From NCBI GenBank assembly GCA_964016885.1, contig OZ024746.1, forward strand, positions 34,906,001-34,970,000: 64,000 nucleotides of DNA. The letters are read 5' to 3'. This document shows positions 12,554 through 28,000 of this stretch, piece after piece. Every line of letters starts with the position of its first letter. Within the stretch, counting starts at the first letter, position 1. The stretch is from Eledone cirrhosa. Its lineage: Eukaryota. A program made the position numbers and the translations under genes. A model generated the notes under the pieces. That model made no database searches. It was not told where the DNA came from and saw only the letters and a list, made by a program, of their open reading frames with translations.

Positions 12554-12770
12554 ACACACACATATATATATGTATATAATGTTCATTATTATCTATATAT
12601 GTGTTGTATCTTTGTACACAGGTGGCAATAAGTAAATGTCTTGACACTAATCCTTGTTAATCCTAATAATGTAAGCATATGTACATGTATGAGTGAAAAT
12701 ACTCGATAATCCGTAGATGTATGTGTGTATATGTGTATGTATGTATGTATGTATGTATATATATATATAC

Positions 12771-12867
<97 letters not shown>

Positions 12868-12972
12868 TATAAATATATAGGAACGAGTAGGACCCCGACG
12901 GCTGAGCTCAGGGCGTTTCGACGGCTAACTCTGGACGCTATATATATATATATAAATATATATATACATATA

Positions 12973-13022
<50 letters not shown>

Positions 13023-13172
13023 AATATATACATATATATCTATCTATATATATCCGAAATTAAATTAAATTAAGGGTCATGTCCGAGACATGCGCTATAT
13101 CCACCGTAGAATAAGCTCAAAGATTCCAATGAATAGATCCGAGCATTTTATATCAACTACAAATTGAATGAC

Positions 13173-13291
<119 letters not shown>

Positions 13292-13438
13292 TATTTAGGT
13301 TTGTTGATTCACCACTGGATAGACTTAATAATCAACACTCGGTAGAAGCTGCTAAATAGTCGGTCGTCCTCTTGTCTCTGATTTTCAGCCCCATGGATTC
13401 TATTATTATTATTGTTATATTCCTTTGTTATATTTTGA

Positions 13439-13496
13439 GTACCTGATGATGTCAACGGATTAATACTGAACCCGGTCATTGAAATGATCATAGTAT
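13439..13496 (+). ncRNA. Type I hammerhead motif, family G
   Basis: gtac-CTGATGA-imperfect stem II-GAAA-tgatca-TA-gtat. Confidence 0.6.
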
Positions 13497-13563
13497 AATA
13501 AACCTGTCAAGGATTTACACCAGTCCAGCCTGCTGTTATTTTATAATATTTACATATATATGT

Positions 13564-13650
<87 letters not shown>

Positions 13651-13656
<6 letters not shown>

Positions 13657-14616
13657 TAACAGATTAAAGTTTAAGCAAATAATCGCTGCTTTCACCCTTA
13701 ACGGGATGTTCTGAGACATGTAGGTACGTGTGAGCGCTTGTTATATACGTATTTATTCCTTTATATACGTTTATTTAGTTATATGTATACACGCACACAT
13801 TCACAATTATATATATATATATTTTATAGATATAGTTTTATGTGTATTTGGTGTATACATTCGTATTTGGTGTATCATGTGTATTTGGTGTATACATTCG
13901 TTGCGTGGGATCTGTATGTGCGTGGGTTGTTGTTTTTTTTGTTTTTTTTTGTGTGTACGTGCGTGTATTTGTATACATATGGCCCGTGTTTTCGCGTATG
14001 CTTGTGTATGTACGTATATGGATGCGTGTATGTATTTATTTAATTTCAATTACCTCTGTATTTTATTTACTTTATTCTTAACTCTGAAGCCGAGAATCAT
14101 TCGGTTTCCTAGTTAGAATTTTAGTCTACGATTTCAGTTATACCATTTTGTCTTTGCGTGCAATTGTTCTCCCGCTCCACATATGACGTATTATCTTGGT
14201 TTTTTCTGTTCGTTGCCAGAGAACTTCTCTATAAACCACCGAAAAGAATATTAGTCTACGACTTCTTTTATACCATAAACGTGGTTTTGTCTTTGCGTGT
14301 AATTGTTTTTCACCGCTCCATAAATGACGTATTATATTCGTTTTTTCCCGTTCTTTGCCAGGGAACGTTTCCACGAACCAAAGTATCGTATTCCTGTATT
14401 CCTCCGGTTGCAACGTTTTTTGAAATATTCACTTCTGCGTTTACAGATTGACTTTGTTAGTTTCAGAAGATCCCGTTAATGGTGAAAGCAGTGATTCTTT
14501 GCTTAAACTTTAATCTGTTATTTTAATAAATATTTGCTTTACGGTTCTTATATATTTGAAATATATTTATCCTTATCGAGCCCTCTTTGGATTTTAGTCT
14601 CCAAATGTATTATTAT

Positions 14617-14620
<4 letters not shown>
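13651..14620 (+). mobile_element. Solo Naiad 3' UTR/pLTR with a short inverted 5' piece (13651-13713)
   Basis: About 14120-14620 matches the reverse complement of about 2665-3175. Flanked by (TA)n. Confidence 0.85.
14459..14509 (+). ncRNA. Hammerhead-like motif, family A
   Basis: agttt-CAGAAGA-tcccgttaatggt-GAAA-gca..tgc-TT-aaact. Confidence 0.55.
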
Positions 14621-14691
<71 letters not shown>

Positions 14692-14711
14692 TATAGATAC
14701 ACACATATACG

Positions 14712-14746
<35 letters not shown>

Positions 14747-15202
14747 AATAAATAATATTAAATATATATATAGATATAATAAATAATTTTATAAACAGCT
14801 CTTCGCATATGTCTGGAGACATACATGCATGTTTGCAAATTAACTAAATCACTCGTTGATGTCGGCTAAGTTCCAATGACAGTTCGAACACAGGTTTTCA
14901 CTCGTTATGGATAAATATTTAAGAAAAAACAATAAAAAAGACGACCCCTACTTAAAATCACACATTCTATTTGGATTTTAATTCAACATGCTACATCGAT
15001 AAACTTATTTGTCGTTCACACAGACACACGCACACACGCAAACATGTATATACGCGTATATAAATGTAGGAGTGTATATGTGTATGGGGTGTATAAATCT
15101 ATGTATGTATTTATTTATGTATGTATATGTCTATAAATAATACAGAAAGAGGTAAAGACAGGACGGCTGAAGAACAAGCGGGAAAATAGTTGCATTTATA
15201 CA

Positions 15203-15249
<47 letters not shown>

Positions 15250-15418
15250 CGAAGGAGTAGTGGTAAGGAACCAGATGGACCATAACGCACCAGAGTACTC
15301 AATACTTAGGGTAGTAGAGTGCGTAATAGGAAAATGTATGACCCCATACATTTTCCTATATATATATATATGTGTTCAATATAGAAATGGCTTCTACAGG
15401 ACTGGAACTGCTTCATTG

Positions 15419-15469
15419 GGATTCCTGATGATTTCTCTCGCATGAAACACATCTTGTCCTGTAGAAGCC
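15419..15469 (+). ncRNA. Hammerhead motif, family E (partly decayed, in a fold-back)
   Basis: ggattc-CTGATGA-..-GAAA-cac..ctg-TA-gaagcc. Confidence 0.55.
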
Positions 15470-15551
15470 ATTTCTATATTAAATATCTATACTCTGCTAT
15501 GTATTGAGTACCTTACTTACTGTAATTACCCCCGATTGAAACCTGCATAAG

Positions 15552-15617
<66 letters not shown>

Positions 15618-15649
15618 CTTACACACACACACATATATGTGTATGTATG

Positions 15650-15681
<32 letters not shown>

Positions 15682-15711
15682 CATACATACATATATATGT
15701 GTGTGTGTGTG

Positions 15712-15806
<95 letters not shown>

Positions 15807-16018
15807 GTATATTATGAGAGAAGAGAGGGACTAGAAAAGAGAGAGTGGGTGAAAGAAAGGGATAAAGATGGAAAGACATGAAAAGATATGAATAGATAAA
15901 AGCTTGCCTTTCTTTCTCTCCCTAGTTACTTTAATCCGAATGTTGGTCGGAGTGTCTAGCACGCGCGGACACACAGACACACAGAAGAGACAGACAAAAA
16001 TATATTATGCAAGCGTGG

Positions 16019-16101
<83 letters not shown>

Positions 16102-16121
16102 TATATATATATGTATGTATA

Positions 16122-16268
<147 letters not shown>

Positions 16269-17110
16269 CCATATATATGTGTGCGTGTGTGCATGATTCT
16301 ATACATGCGTGTCGTGTATTTGTATATATAAATGTGTATATTTGGAGTATATGTCGAAGTGAATAAATAAAATGGACCTGACTAACATTACACATGCTAC
16401 AAGAATACAAGGCATATTTATGATAAGTAATACTGAGCGGTAACCTTGTCCTACCTCAATCATTAGCATCAGGAAACATATGTGTGTGGGGTGCGGGGTA
16501 CAATCGTGTGTGTGTGTGTGTGTGCGTTTGTGTCTGCATGTGTCCCAGTTTGTGCGTGTGTGCGTCTACTTGGGTATTAGAGACTGCTGTTTTTGATTCA
16601 CCAGAGATCCAACTTGTTCGAACTGACTTATAATCTATTCATCTGTATGAATCCTGTTGTTTTCCTATTTGTTGAGGTATCCCGGGACCACATTATTTAC
16701 GTGTAATTTTCTCAGATGGTGGAGGTGGGAAAGATATGGCTGTTGTTTCTACGAGCTATACAACCTCCTCTTGTCTCTTTCTTTGATTCGTTTAAGTCAC
16801 TGGGCAAGACAGGTTTGTCTTCAAAATATTGTACAGTATATATTATTTGTGTAGCGAGGTTGCAAACTTTCTCAATGAGATCTTTCTATACTTTATCGTA
16901 TTTTTCGTTTGTTCATGTCTTTCCTCTCTCTCCTTCTATCTCTCTCCCTCCCACAATCACTCACTTACTCTCCCACTCTGTCTCTCTTTCATTCCCTTTT
17001 CATTGGAGTTTCAACGTGTATATCTGTACATTCAGAGATATAGATTGAGATGAATACACACACACACAGACACACACATACACACACACACGCACGCGCG
17101 CGCACGCATG

Positions 17111-17182
<72 letters not shown>

Positions 17183-17256
17183 TATATATATATATATATA
17201 TATATAATTATTTTATATATATATATATATACAAAGTACAGGAGAGTGTGATAAAT

Positions 17257-17335
<79 letters not shown>

Positions 17336-17337
17336 GG

Positions 17338-17462
<125 letters not shown>

Positions 17463-17588
17463 TTAAGAATATAGACTGATACATATGTAAAGAGAGAGAC
17501 TATATGTTATTATATGAATATATGTCCACATGTTTGTATATGTGTCTGCATATAAACACACAATTGCATATTATATATAAATAAATAC

Positions 17589-17631
<43 letters not shown>

Positions 17632-17637
17632 GAGAGA

Positions 17638-17689
<52 letters not shown>

Positions 17690-17967
17690 AGAGAGAGATC
17701 ACCCAACTACTGATAGATTCATATGGGCGTCGTTGTGAGGTACAGTATATACTTGGTGTAGGCCATGTCACTTCAGGTCTGATGGCAGGTGATTCCTTAT
17801 TGAGACAGGGCGGTAGAGGGATGGGTGGAAGGTGAATGGTTCTTTATTTATCGACCACTAAATTAAACACCAATGTTATCTGCAATGAAATTTGTTAGGG
17901 AGAGTAAGATAAAGAGAAAGAGGGAGCGTGGTATTTGTATATATATATATATATATATATATAGATG

Positions 17968-18018
17968 AGATTCTACAGGACTAGAACTGTTTCATTCTTT
18001 AGAAATCATCAGGAATCC
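17968..18018 (-). ncRNA. Type I hammerhead ribozyme, family E (best copy; mirror copy at 18012-18063 on +)
   Basis: ggattc-CTGATGA-tttc taaa gaat-GAAA-cag ttctagtc ctg-TA-gaatct. Confidence 0.8.
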
Positions 18019-18143
18019 TGATGATTTCTAAAGAATGAAACAGTTCTAGTCCTGTAGAATTTCATCTATATTAAAACTGTTATACTCTGCAATGTATTGA
18101 GTACCTTACTTACTGTGGTTACCTCCGATTCAACCCGGAATAA

Positions 18144-18219
<76 letters not shown>

Positions 18220-18281
18220 TGTGTATGTATGGAAATAAATAAATATATATATATATGTACTTGTGTCTGTGTGTGTGTATG

Positions 18282-18317
<36 letters not shown>

Positions 18318-18519
18318 TATATTTATTTAACTGTCTGGTGTCTCTGTAATCCCGTCTGTTGACCTCTCTGTATGACCAATAAATTGTGTATTTTTTGGTT
18401 ACTTCGTGTATGTTTGTGTTTGTAGATAGAGTTATGAACCCGTGTATCGCCCTGCACTCATGCCAATTTCTTGCATGTCATGTTCCTCCCTTCATTCCTA
18501 ATGCCCATTATGATGTGGT

Positions 18520-18558
<39 letters not shown>

Positions 18559-18950
18559 TTACAACTACTACTATGAGATGCTGAAACTGGTACCGAGATG
18601 CCCCTCCAATCATGATCCTTGTATACACCAATAAAAGATATTATAATGAAGGCAGTCATACATTTGATCATAGGTGTGCTTATAGTTGACCTGGGGCGAA
18701 ACAACAAAAGAGACTACTACTACTACTACTACTACTACTCCTACTACTACTACTACTACTACTACTACTATTACAACTACTACTATGAGATGCTGAAACT
18801 GGTACCGAGATGCCCCTCCAATCATGATCCTTGTATACACCAATAAAAGATATTATAATGAAGGCAGTCATACATTTGATCATAGGTGTGCTTATAGTTG
18901 ACCTGGGGCGAAACAACAAAATACACTACTACTACTACTACTACTACTAC
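18520..18950. repeat. Tandem duplication, about 212-bp unit bounded by (TAC)n
   Basis: About 18560-18710 recurs nearly identically 212 bp downstream. Confidence 0.9.
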
Positions 18951-18958
18951 TGTTATTG

Positions 18959-18995
<37 letters not shown>

Positions 18996-19690
18996 GGTGC
19001 TGGTGCTGCTGTTGTTTTCTGTCAAGGTGTTCTATAATGTCGTCGTACTGTTATCACGGCAGCGACTCTATTGCTTCTGCTGTTGATGCTGCTATTATTA
19101 CTGCCGCCACCGCCACCACAGTCGACACAGCTGACGCCACCACCGCCGCTGCCGCCGCCGCCGCCGCCCGCTTCTGCAGTCACTATCACCACCACCACTT
19201 CAGTCGCCACCTTTATTACACCTGTTACCGCCACCGCCGCAACTCCAGCGTTGTTGTTGCTAATATTGTTGCTGTTACCGACGCTGCCTACTGATTTCTC
19301 CTCCACCAGCCCCACCATCACATCACTGCTATTTCCACCACCACCACCACCACCACCACAACAACAACAACCATCGCATCACTACTATTTCCACCACCAC
19401 CACCACCACCACCACAACAACAACAACCATCGCATCACTACTATTTCCATCACTGCCGCCGACAACCCCAGCAGCAGCACCACTACCGACGACAACAACA
19501 TGGCTGCTGTAGCTACTGCTAATGCTGCCGTCGCTGCCGTCGCTGCTGCTATTGTTGCTGCCGCTGCCGCTGTTGATGTTACTCGTGCTGCTGGTTGTGG
19601 TGACGGTGCTGCTGCTGCTGCTGCTGCTACTGTTGTTGCTACTACAACAAAACTGATGGCTGTCATAGCTCGCAACTGGTCTTAGCGATG
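18950..19690. repeat. Compound trinucleotide low-complexity tract (ATT, GCC, CAC, CAA, GCT)
   Basis: Directly visible; it generates homopolymeric-peptide ORFs on both strands. Confidence 0.85.
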
Positions 19691-20970
19691 TTACTAATGC
19701 TTCTAACTTCTTCTTATGCTGTAAATGTGCTTGTTGCTTTTACTTAATAGAAGAAAGTGGGAAAAAGTGTGTGTGTTCGTTTCCCATTCAGCATTTAGAT
19801 AGATACTACAAATTGACAGCCAGTCAGATTGCCTTTCAGACAGACTTACACAAAAAGAGAGAAAGAGAGAGAGAGTGATAAGGAGAGAGAGAGAGAGAGA
19901 GAGTGAGAGAGAGAGAGAGAGACAGGCAGACAGACAGTCAGACGTCCATTCACTCACACAGTCGGTTGGTCGGTCGGTCGGGCGGTTGGTAGGTCTGATG
20001 GTCCCTGAGACTTCAACAACACAAAATTCTACACAAAACTAAACAAACGTACAAAACAAAAGAAAAAAAGCTTTAATCGAAACAACATATTTTAAGAATT
20101 TAAAAGAGAGAGAGAGAGTGTGTGTGTGTGAGTGCGAGAGAGAGAGAGAGAGAGAGAAAGTGATTGTATGTTAGAGAGAAAAATAGAGAGAGAGAGTGAG
20201 AGGGAAAAAGAAAGACAATATATAGAGAAGCAGAAATGAAAATATCTAAATACATATTAAAAAAAAATTGACGAGGAGAAAATTATAGTAAAAAAAGGTA
20301 AAAAGAAAGAAGGAAATTTAATAATAACCAAAACAAACTCTACAGCCCCAAAGAAACGTTACTCGCTGTTTTCTTTATGTTACTACATGTATAAATCTAT
20401 GTACATACAAACACAAGTTTGTATGTATACATAATATATATATACATGGTGTATTAATATAAAGTATATGTATGCATACAAATCCACATATACACAATTA
20501 TATTGTAAAGTATTATTGATGACTTATAATTAAAAGTGATAAAAAAAAAAGAAAACCGAGAGGAGAAAATATGAAAGAAAATACAACAAACGTGGATATA
20601 TACATAAATATATAACAGAAAAAAAAATACAAAGCATACCTAAAAAAAGAACAAAAAAAAATATAACAAACAAACGAGGAATGCCTATACAACTTAGATT
20701 GGTGACAACGTTGCAGTATTTGTTGTTTTTCGGGGAGAATATTCAATCTAGTTTATGTTGGCGTTTTTCTTGAGTGCCCATTCCTGAGTGAGTAGAATGT
20801 ATACCATTGGAACCAGGTGCATTGTGGCACCAGTATCATTTACCAACACAACTATCATCACAAAGGATTTTCGGTAAAGATATTAATATATATACATACA
20901 TACATACATATATGTATGTCTGTGTGTGTGTGTTTGTCTGTATGTGTGTGTATGTAAATATATGTATATA

Positions 20971-21052
<82 letters not shown>

Positions 21053-21087
21053 TAAAAGAATAGAGGTGTAACACACAAGTTATTATG

Positions 21088-21129
21088 TATTGGTAAACGG
21101 AATAGAAAATGCATTTTCTATTCCGTTTA

Positions 21130-21135
<6 letters not shown>
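21088..21135. repeat. Perfect spacer-less 48-bp palindrome
   Basis: tattggtaaacggaatagaaaatg|cattttctattccgtttaccaata. Confidence 0.9.
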
Positions 21136-21204
<69 letters not shown>

Positions 21205-21562
21205 GCATACACATACATATCTATGTTTTGTATTTTTATTTATCTTCAAATTTGTATATATGTATGCTCATATTTATATGTATGTATATATATATATATA
21301 CATTGTGTATGTGTGTTTGTGTATGTCTCTATACGTGTGTGTAAATATATGTAAACATACATACATGTATGTATATGTCACACTAACACTTTTATTTCCT
21401 TTGGTTAACATTTGTTATTATTTGACTATAATTTCATGAGTATGTTAGTATATATATAAATTTATATACAAAAACATACTCGATGTATATATATAGGTAT
21501 GTAGATGAACGAATCTATATATTTAATTCATCTATCCACTACCTATACCCCTCTCTCTTTCC

Positions 21563-21662
<100 letters not shown>

Positions 21663-21689
21663 ATACTACATATGCCCGTGTGTGTAAGC

Positions 21690-21960
21690 GTGTGCGTGGC
21701 TGAATCGTTAAGACGTCGGACGAAATATCTTGCGCCATTTGATTGGGTTTCGAATACCGGTGTGTTCAACTCTATAAGTATCTATCAAATTCTGAGAGAA
21801 AACCCTCTCTACACCCAAGTGTCATGTATTCGATGTTCTGCTGTGAGTAGGGTGTCAGGACGGAGTGAGAGTATGTGGGCTCTCAAGTACATTGTCACCA
21901 AAACGAAAGGTATTTTGTTTGATAATAAAAAGTCGTATTCAGCTGAAAAACAATTATATT
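21690..21960 (+). mobile_element. Possible tRNA-derived SINE (a third family)
   Basis: A-box-like tggctgaatcg and B-box-like gtttcgaatac. Confidence 0.35.
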
Positions 21961-22053
21961 GATATAGATATATATAAATATATGTGCGTGTGTGGATATG
22001 GATATATAATATCAATATGTGTATGGATATATGGATATAAATGAATATGGATA

Positions 22054-22095
<42 letters not shown>

Positions 22096-22102
22096 TATAT
22101 AT

Positions 22103-22197
<95 letters not shown>

Positions 22198-22258
22198 TCA
22201 CAACAATAGTTGAATGGGATATATGTTATTGTTACTATTCTTATTATCATTATTATTA

Positions 22259-22472
22259 AGGCGGTTTTTTGCAGAATCGGTAGAGCGACGGACACCCTGC
22301 TTAACGACAATTTTTTTATAATCCCTTACCTTCTAAGTTCGAGTCCCACCGAGGTTATCTCTACCTTTCGTCCTTACGTGTTCGATAAAACATAGCACAT
22401 CTAATGTACTGAGGTCGATTTAATTGACATTCCCCACACCCGAAAATTGTTGGTTTATACCTAAATCACAAA

Positions 22473-22508
<36 letters not shown>

Positions 22509-22625
22509 TGAGTTCAAATCCCGCCGAGGTTAACTTTGCCTTTCATCCTTACGGCGTCGATAAAATAAAGTACCAGTAATGCACTGGCATAATTACTAGC
22601 CTTGTGCCAAATGTAGAAACAACTG
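22259..22625 (+). mobile_element. Two adjacent SINE family 1 copies separated by (ATT)n
   Basis: gcagaatcggtagagcg head, gttcgagtccc / gttcaaatccc B boxes, and the conserved ctttcatcc..gataaaa core. Confidence 0.8.
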
Positions 22626-23098
22626 TCTGGTGGCCATGGCGAAAGAGAGAGTATGGTGGACACGTTTGAAAGGGCTGAAGACGTGCATTTACCTCTTCGG
22701 TGATTCCCTGATTAACTTTTTCAAATTTCATTTGAAAAGGAAAATCAGGGTAGAGAGGGAAGTGCTCTCTTCCCAGCATTTTGTTGAAAGATGGGTGAGA
22801 GAAGCAAGTATGGCCCGAGTGAATGGGCCTACTCTGAGTATGTGTCTGTAAATTAAAGGTTGAAAAGTGGGAGAGGACACTTGCCCTGGTGGTCAGGGTC
22901 ACTGTAGCCTTTTAATGGGCTTTCTCCACAAATGACCCTCGGAAGTCTCCCCCCTATTGAGGAATTTTTCATTGTTATTTTTATTACAACCTCTGTTTTT
23001 TTTTTTACACGCAGAAATGCCCATTTGTACCGTCCTGTATTGTCCTGTGCTTTCATTAATGTCTACTTTATGAAAACCCTTGTGGTTAATAAAAAAAA
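22626..23098 (+). mobile_element. 5'-truncated Tx1-type LINE 3' end
   Basis: MAKERVWWTRLKGLK..RKIRVEREVL..FVERWV..ARVNGP matches the C-termini at 54753-55070 and 60643-60879. AATAAA and A-tail, then (ATT)n. Confidence 0.85.
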
Positions 23099-23109
23099 CA
23101 TTATTATTA

Positions 23110-23148
<39 letters not shown>

Positions 23149-25612
23149 GACTACGGCCACAAACGTCATGCACACATATTTCAAAAGTAATCGTGATCCC
23201 GTAATCGACTGATTAACACAGGACACATGTGGAATTTGAAAAAAAAGAGTGCTTCAATAAATCGGCTAGCCATGCTTACTTAACTAATATAGTATTTACC
23301 GATCCCAAGTGACATATTAAGCTCAGCTAACCATGGTGCTCTTTCAACTCGGTGCACAAAGATCTGAGAAAATTGCTTCAGGGCAGTCAAATAACAAATG
23401 TGTTAATCTGTCATTTATATACGCACTTACACAGACACACACACACATACAAAAATACACACACACATATACACACACATATATATATATATATTTATAT
23501 ATACATACATATATGTGTGTGTGTAAGTGAGTGTGTGTTTGCGTGTCTTTTAACATATATCAATCTGTATATTAGCGAGTACGCGTTTATGTATATATAT
23601 GTGTGTATGTGGCTGTGTTGCTGTGTTTCTTTATTTGTGAGTGTATGTTATTGTAACCCTTTTACAAATAATTATGTTACTATAATTATCATTATTATTT
23701 TCATTAATATTTTAGTTCGAGTTTGTTATCATACATATCATTCTGAAATGTTGGTAATTCTTCAAAATTTACTATTTCACGGTTAGATTCTATTTATAAT
23801 TGTTAATGTAAGGAATTCGTTATTTAAAAAAATGAATACTGACAAAATACAGGGGTTCCTAATAAAAATGTCTCTATGCATGCATTTATACACCCACACC
23901 CACACACTCACCCTCACCCACACCCACATATATATATAAATATATACATATATATGTATATATATATACATATATATATATGAATATATTTATATATATA
24001 TATATATACACATACATATATATACGTGTGTGTGTGTACGTACATATATATGTATATATATATATGTGTGTATATGTGTGTGTGTGTTTGTGTGTGTGTA
24101 TGTCTGTGTGTGTATAAAATATACAAATATAAAAGAAATAAAATATGTCTATGGGACATTTATTTTATTGTTGCATTGTAATATATATCGTATTAAAATG
24201 CGTGACTTCTAGAGATACATAACAGACTTTATAGCTGAATGTGCTTGTGTCACCCCCATGTATTTATGTGCCGCTGTGCTGGTGTGTGTATCTATGTGTG
24301 TGTATGTGTCCGCTAGATATTAAGAATATCGGAATGCATACACTGCTGTATTTGTGTTTTTGTCATTTTACTATGTAACATACACATACACATACATATA
24401 CATATACATACATACAAACACATACATACAGAAACACGCAGACATATATATATATATATATGCATACATCCAAACATAGAAATAACCATACTTACATACA
24501 TATATATAAGCATGTATACTTACTTACATCCATCCATGCATTCATACAAACGTATATACAAACGTACATGCATCCATTCATCCATACATCCATCCATACA
24601 TACATGCATACGTACATACAGACATCCGTACATACACACAAACATATACACAAGCATACACACACACATACAAACATATATATAAACATATATACATATA
24701 TACATACAAACATATATATAATTATATATACATAGATACATACATACATATATACATACACACATATATATATAAACATAAATACATACTTATATATACA
24801 TACAAACATATATATATAAATATATATACATACATACATACATATATACATACATATATACATGCATACGTATATACATACATTCATAGATAAACATTTG
24901 AAAACAGGCCTGGATAATATCAAAAGTTTGCTCCGTGGATTTGAATCGCTGATGATATGGACATAATTCTTTCTATGATTTACCATTGTTTTTACAGATT
25001 TATTTGTGTTTATGATTGATATAAACATCACATCGTCACTCTTTGTAATATCTGTCCTATTAGATACATCTTGGGGGTGGGACGTATGAATGAGTGAGTG
25101 AAGATTTAGGGGTGTATTTTTTATTTGACAATGGATTGGTTAGGGTAATAGGAAAGAGGGGAAACAAAAGAGTATTTACAGAAACAGGAAAAATTAGTGA
25201 ACGAAATAATTCGTATAGCCAAATCTTGGAACTACGATTTCGGAATGTTAAACTCTTAAAAAGTACGCCTAGTTGAAACTGGTTGACGAGGAGAAATATA
25301 TTTCTAGGACAAGAACATTTTTTGTCCATCATAATTTCGATCAATTTCCTTTAAAAATTATTGTTTGACCTTAGGGTGTGGTGGATTAACCGTTCATAAA
25401 TAGGTCAAAAATACAGAAAATTAAATAAACATGTGTAGATACACCTTCGTATCAGTGAACAAACACTCACACACACACATATATGTATTTATACACATGT
25501 ATATATATATATATATACACATATATAAACATATATACACATGTACACGCATACAAACACACAGACACATACACACACACGCACACACACAAACACACAC
25601 ACACATGCACGC

Positions 25613-25644
<32 letters not shown>

Positions 25645-25813
25645 TCGTCTGTGATGGTGGGGTGCATATCCGTGAGAATGTTGAGACTGTCGTTGTAGAT
25701 TGGTACCGACCGATCACCTGGTTCGATGAAGAGAAGAGATAAAAAGATTGTGTTCCTCTATATGTCATATATCTATTTATATACTCACACACACATATAA
25801 ATATATACATACA

Positions 25814-25877
<64 letters not shown>

Positions 25878-26359
25878 TACGATACTAACAAATGGAAACT
25901 ATATTTATAAAACCATATTTATTTCATTATACATATTTCAAGGATACCAAGTTAAATTATGGTATGCCTTCACCAGACAAAATACAATATATACCAGTTT
26001 TATAAATAAACATTGACGTACCCTTTGAAAATGCGACCGTTAGTTTTGGAAGACATATATATATATATACACATATATATATAAAGAATGAATAACAAAA
26101 CAGATAGACATCATAAAAAGGCAATACATTTATTCCAGGTGTAAACACCTGGAATACATTTATTGCCATTTTATGATGTCTATCTGTTTTGTTAATCATT
26201 CTTTACCCTCACTCCGGAATATAGAAGAATCGAAGACCAAGTTTCTTTAACTGTTCCTTGGTAACTCGTTGAGAAACCCCTCACAGTACTTCGTCTCTAT
26301 CTAGTGTAGTAATTAACCATTACTGCATTCAGGATAATCCTAAGCATTTCTTGCATAAC

Positions 26360-26458
<99 letters not shown>

Positions 26459-26544
26459 ATGTGTGTGTGTGTTTGTGTGTGTATATAAGTAGATATATTT
26501 GCATATATATATATACATACATTCATATATATATATATATATAT

Positions 26545-26766
26545 AGTAATAATAATAAATTTGAAGACTAAAATCCAAAGAGAGCTCGATAAGGATAAAT
26601 ATATATCAGATATATAAGAACCGGAGTGCAAATATTTATTAAAATAGCAGATTAAAGTTTAAGCAAAGAATCGCTGCTTTCACCCTTAACGGGATCTTCT
26701 GAAGATCCCGTTAAGGGTGAAAGCACCGAATTTTGCTTAAACTTTAATCTCTTATTTTAATAAATA

Positions 26767-26767
<1 letters not shown>
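26545..26767. mobile_element. Naiad pLTR fragment folded back at the HHR core
   Basis: 26545-26703 matches about 2665-2823. The palindrome is centred at 26700 (gatcttc-t-gaagatc). Flanked by (TA)n. Confidence 0.85.
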
Positions 26768-26842
<75 letters not shown>

Positions 26843-26904
26843 AATATATATATATATGCAAATATATATATGCATCTATATCACTCTCCCTCTATATATA
26901 TATA

Positions 26905-26978
<74 letters not shown>

Positions 26979-27139
26979 TGGATAGATGGATAGAAATGCG
27001 TAATATCAGAGGCCGCATATCCGTACATCCATACATAATCATATACATGGCTAGCACTCTTTTGTTTAGGAGGTTGAGTATTGCGTTTAATATGATCAAA
27101 TGAATTTAATCTGCAAGTTTCTGAAAATTCCACAGACAC

Positions 27140-27340
27140 ACATATTTTTAACGTAGTTCTCAGGGTGATTCATCCTGACACCGAATGTGACAAGGCTGGC
27201 CCTTTGAATTACTGGTACAATTCATTTTTGTTATTTGAGTATACATTAGCAACATGAACTAAAACGTGCTAATCAAGGACACAACACGCAGTGTATGGAA
27301 CTCACTATCATATGATCGAGAGTCGAATACCGTAACCTCT
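27140..27340 (-). mobile_element. SINE family 2, decayed
   Basis: Shares caaggacacaacacg..gaactcac with the copy at 40370-40607. Confidence 0.6.
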
Positions 27341-27781
27341 AAACTACATTTAATTATTGAAAAACAGAAAAGAGCATTTTTTTTTCATGGATTTCTCCAG
27401 CCCTGCCACTCTGTGCATTTCTTTCAAAATCACTGAGAAAGAGAATATATAATGACAACGCACCGGAAACTTCCGCGTCTCTGTATATTGCTGCATTTTG
27501 CTATTTCAACAAACCCCTATATCTTAATCTGGAGAAGTTAGCCAGCTTATTGCTTCACAAAATGTAATGTAACCAGAACAGCAGTAACATGCAATACATT
27601 TCTCAATTTAAAATAACAAATTTGTCAGTCTAATTGGAAGGATGGAAGTGTTCCTTAGTTATAAACCAGCCATATCCTAACATGGGTACATCCAATAATT
27701 AATGAAGAAAGAAATACACACATATAGGTATACATGAAATAACAAAAAGTTTATTATTGGGTTTGGATTATTTCATAATAT

Positions 27782-28000
27782 AGGAGAGCAGTGGATTGGC
27801 AGAATTGTTAGAGCGCCAGACCAATGCATAGCTGTATTTGTTCCCGTCCTTTATATTCTGAGTTCAAATCCCTCCGAGATTAGCTTTGCCTTTCATCTTT
27901 ACGAGGTCAATAAATTACACTACCAATAACTCACTCACGTCGAATTAATCGACTTTCTCCTCCCACAAAATTATTGGTCTTGTGCCTAAATTAGAAACCT
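27782..28000 (+). mobile_element. SINE family 1 (more decayed copies near 28420-28640, 30750-30860, 33860-34230 and 48170-48315)
   Basis: tggcagaattgttagagcg..gagttcaaatcc..ctttcatc..ggtcttgtgcctaaattagaaac. Confidence 0.75.

Noticed and set aside
19071-19685. 204-aa poly-P/T/H/A ORF as a host exon
   Set aside because: Trinucleotide low complexity, open on both strands, with no domain or splice evidence.
24943-25000. CTGATGA-tatgg..ccatt
   Set aside because: No GAAA or stem III follows.
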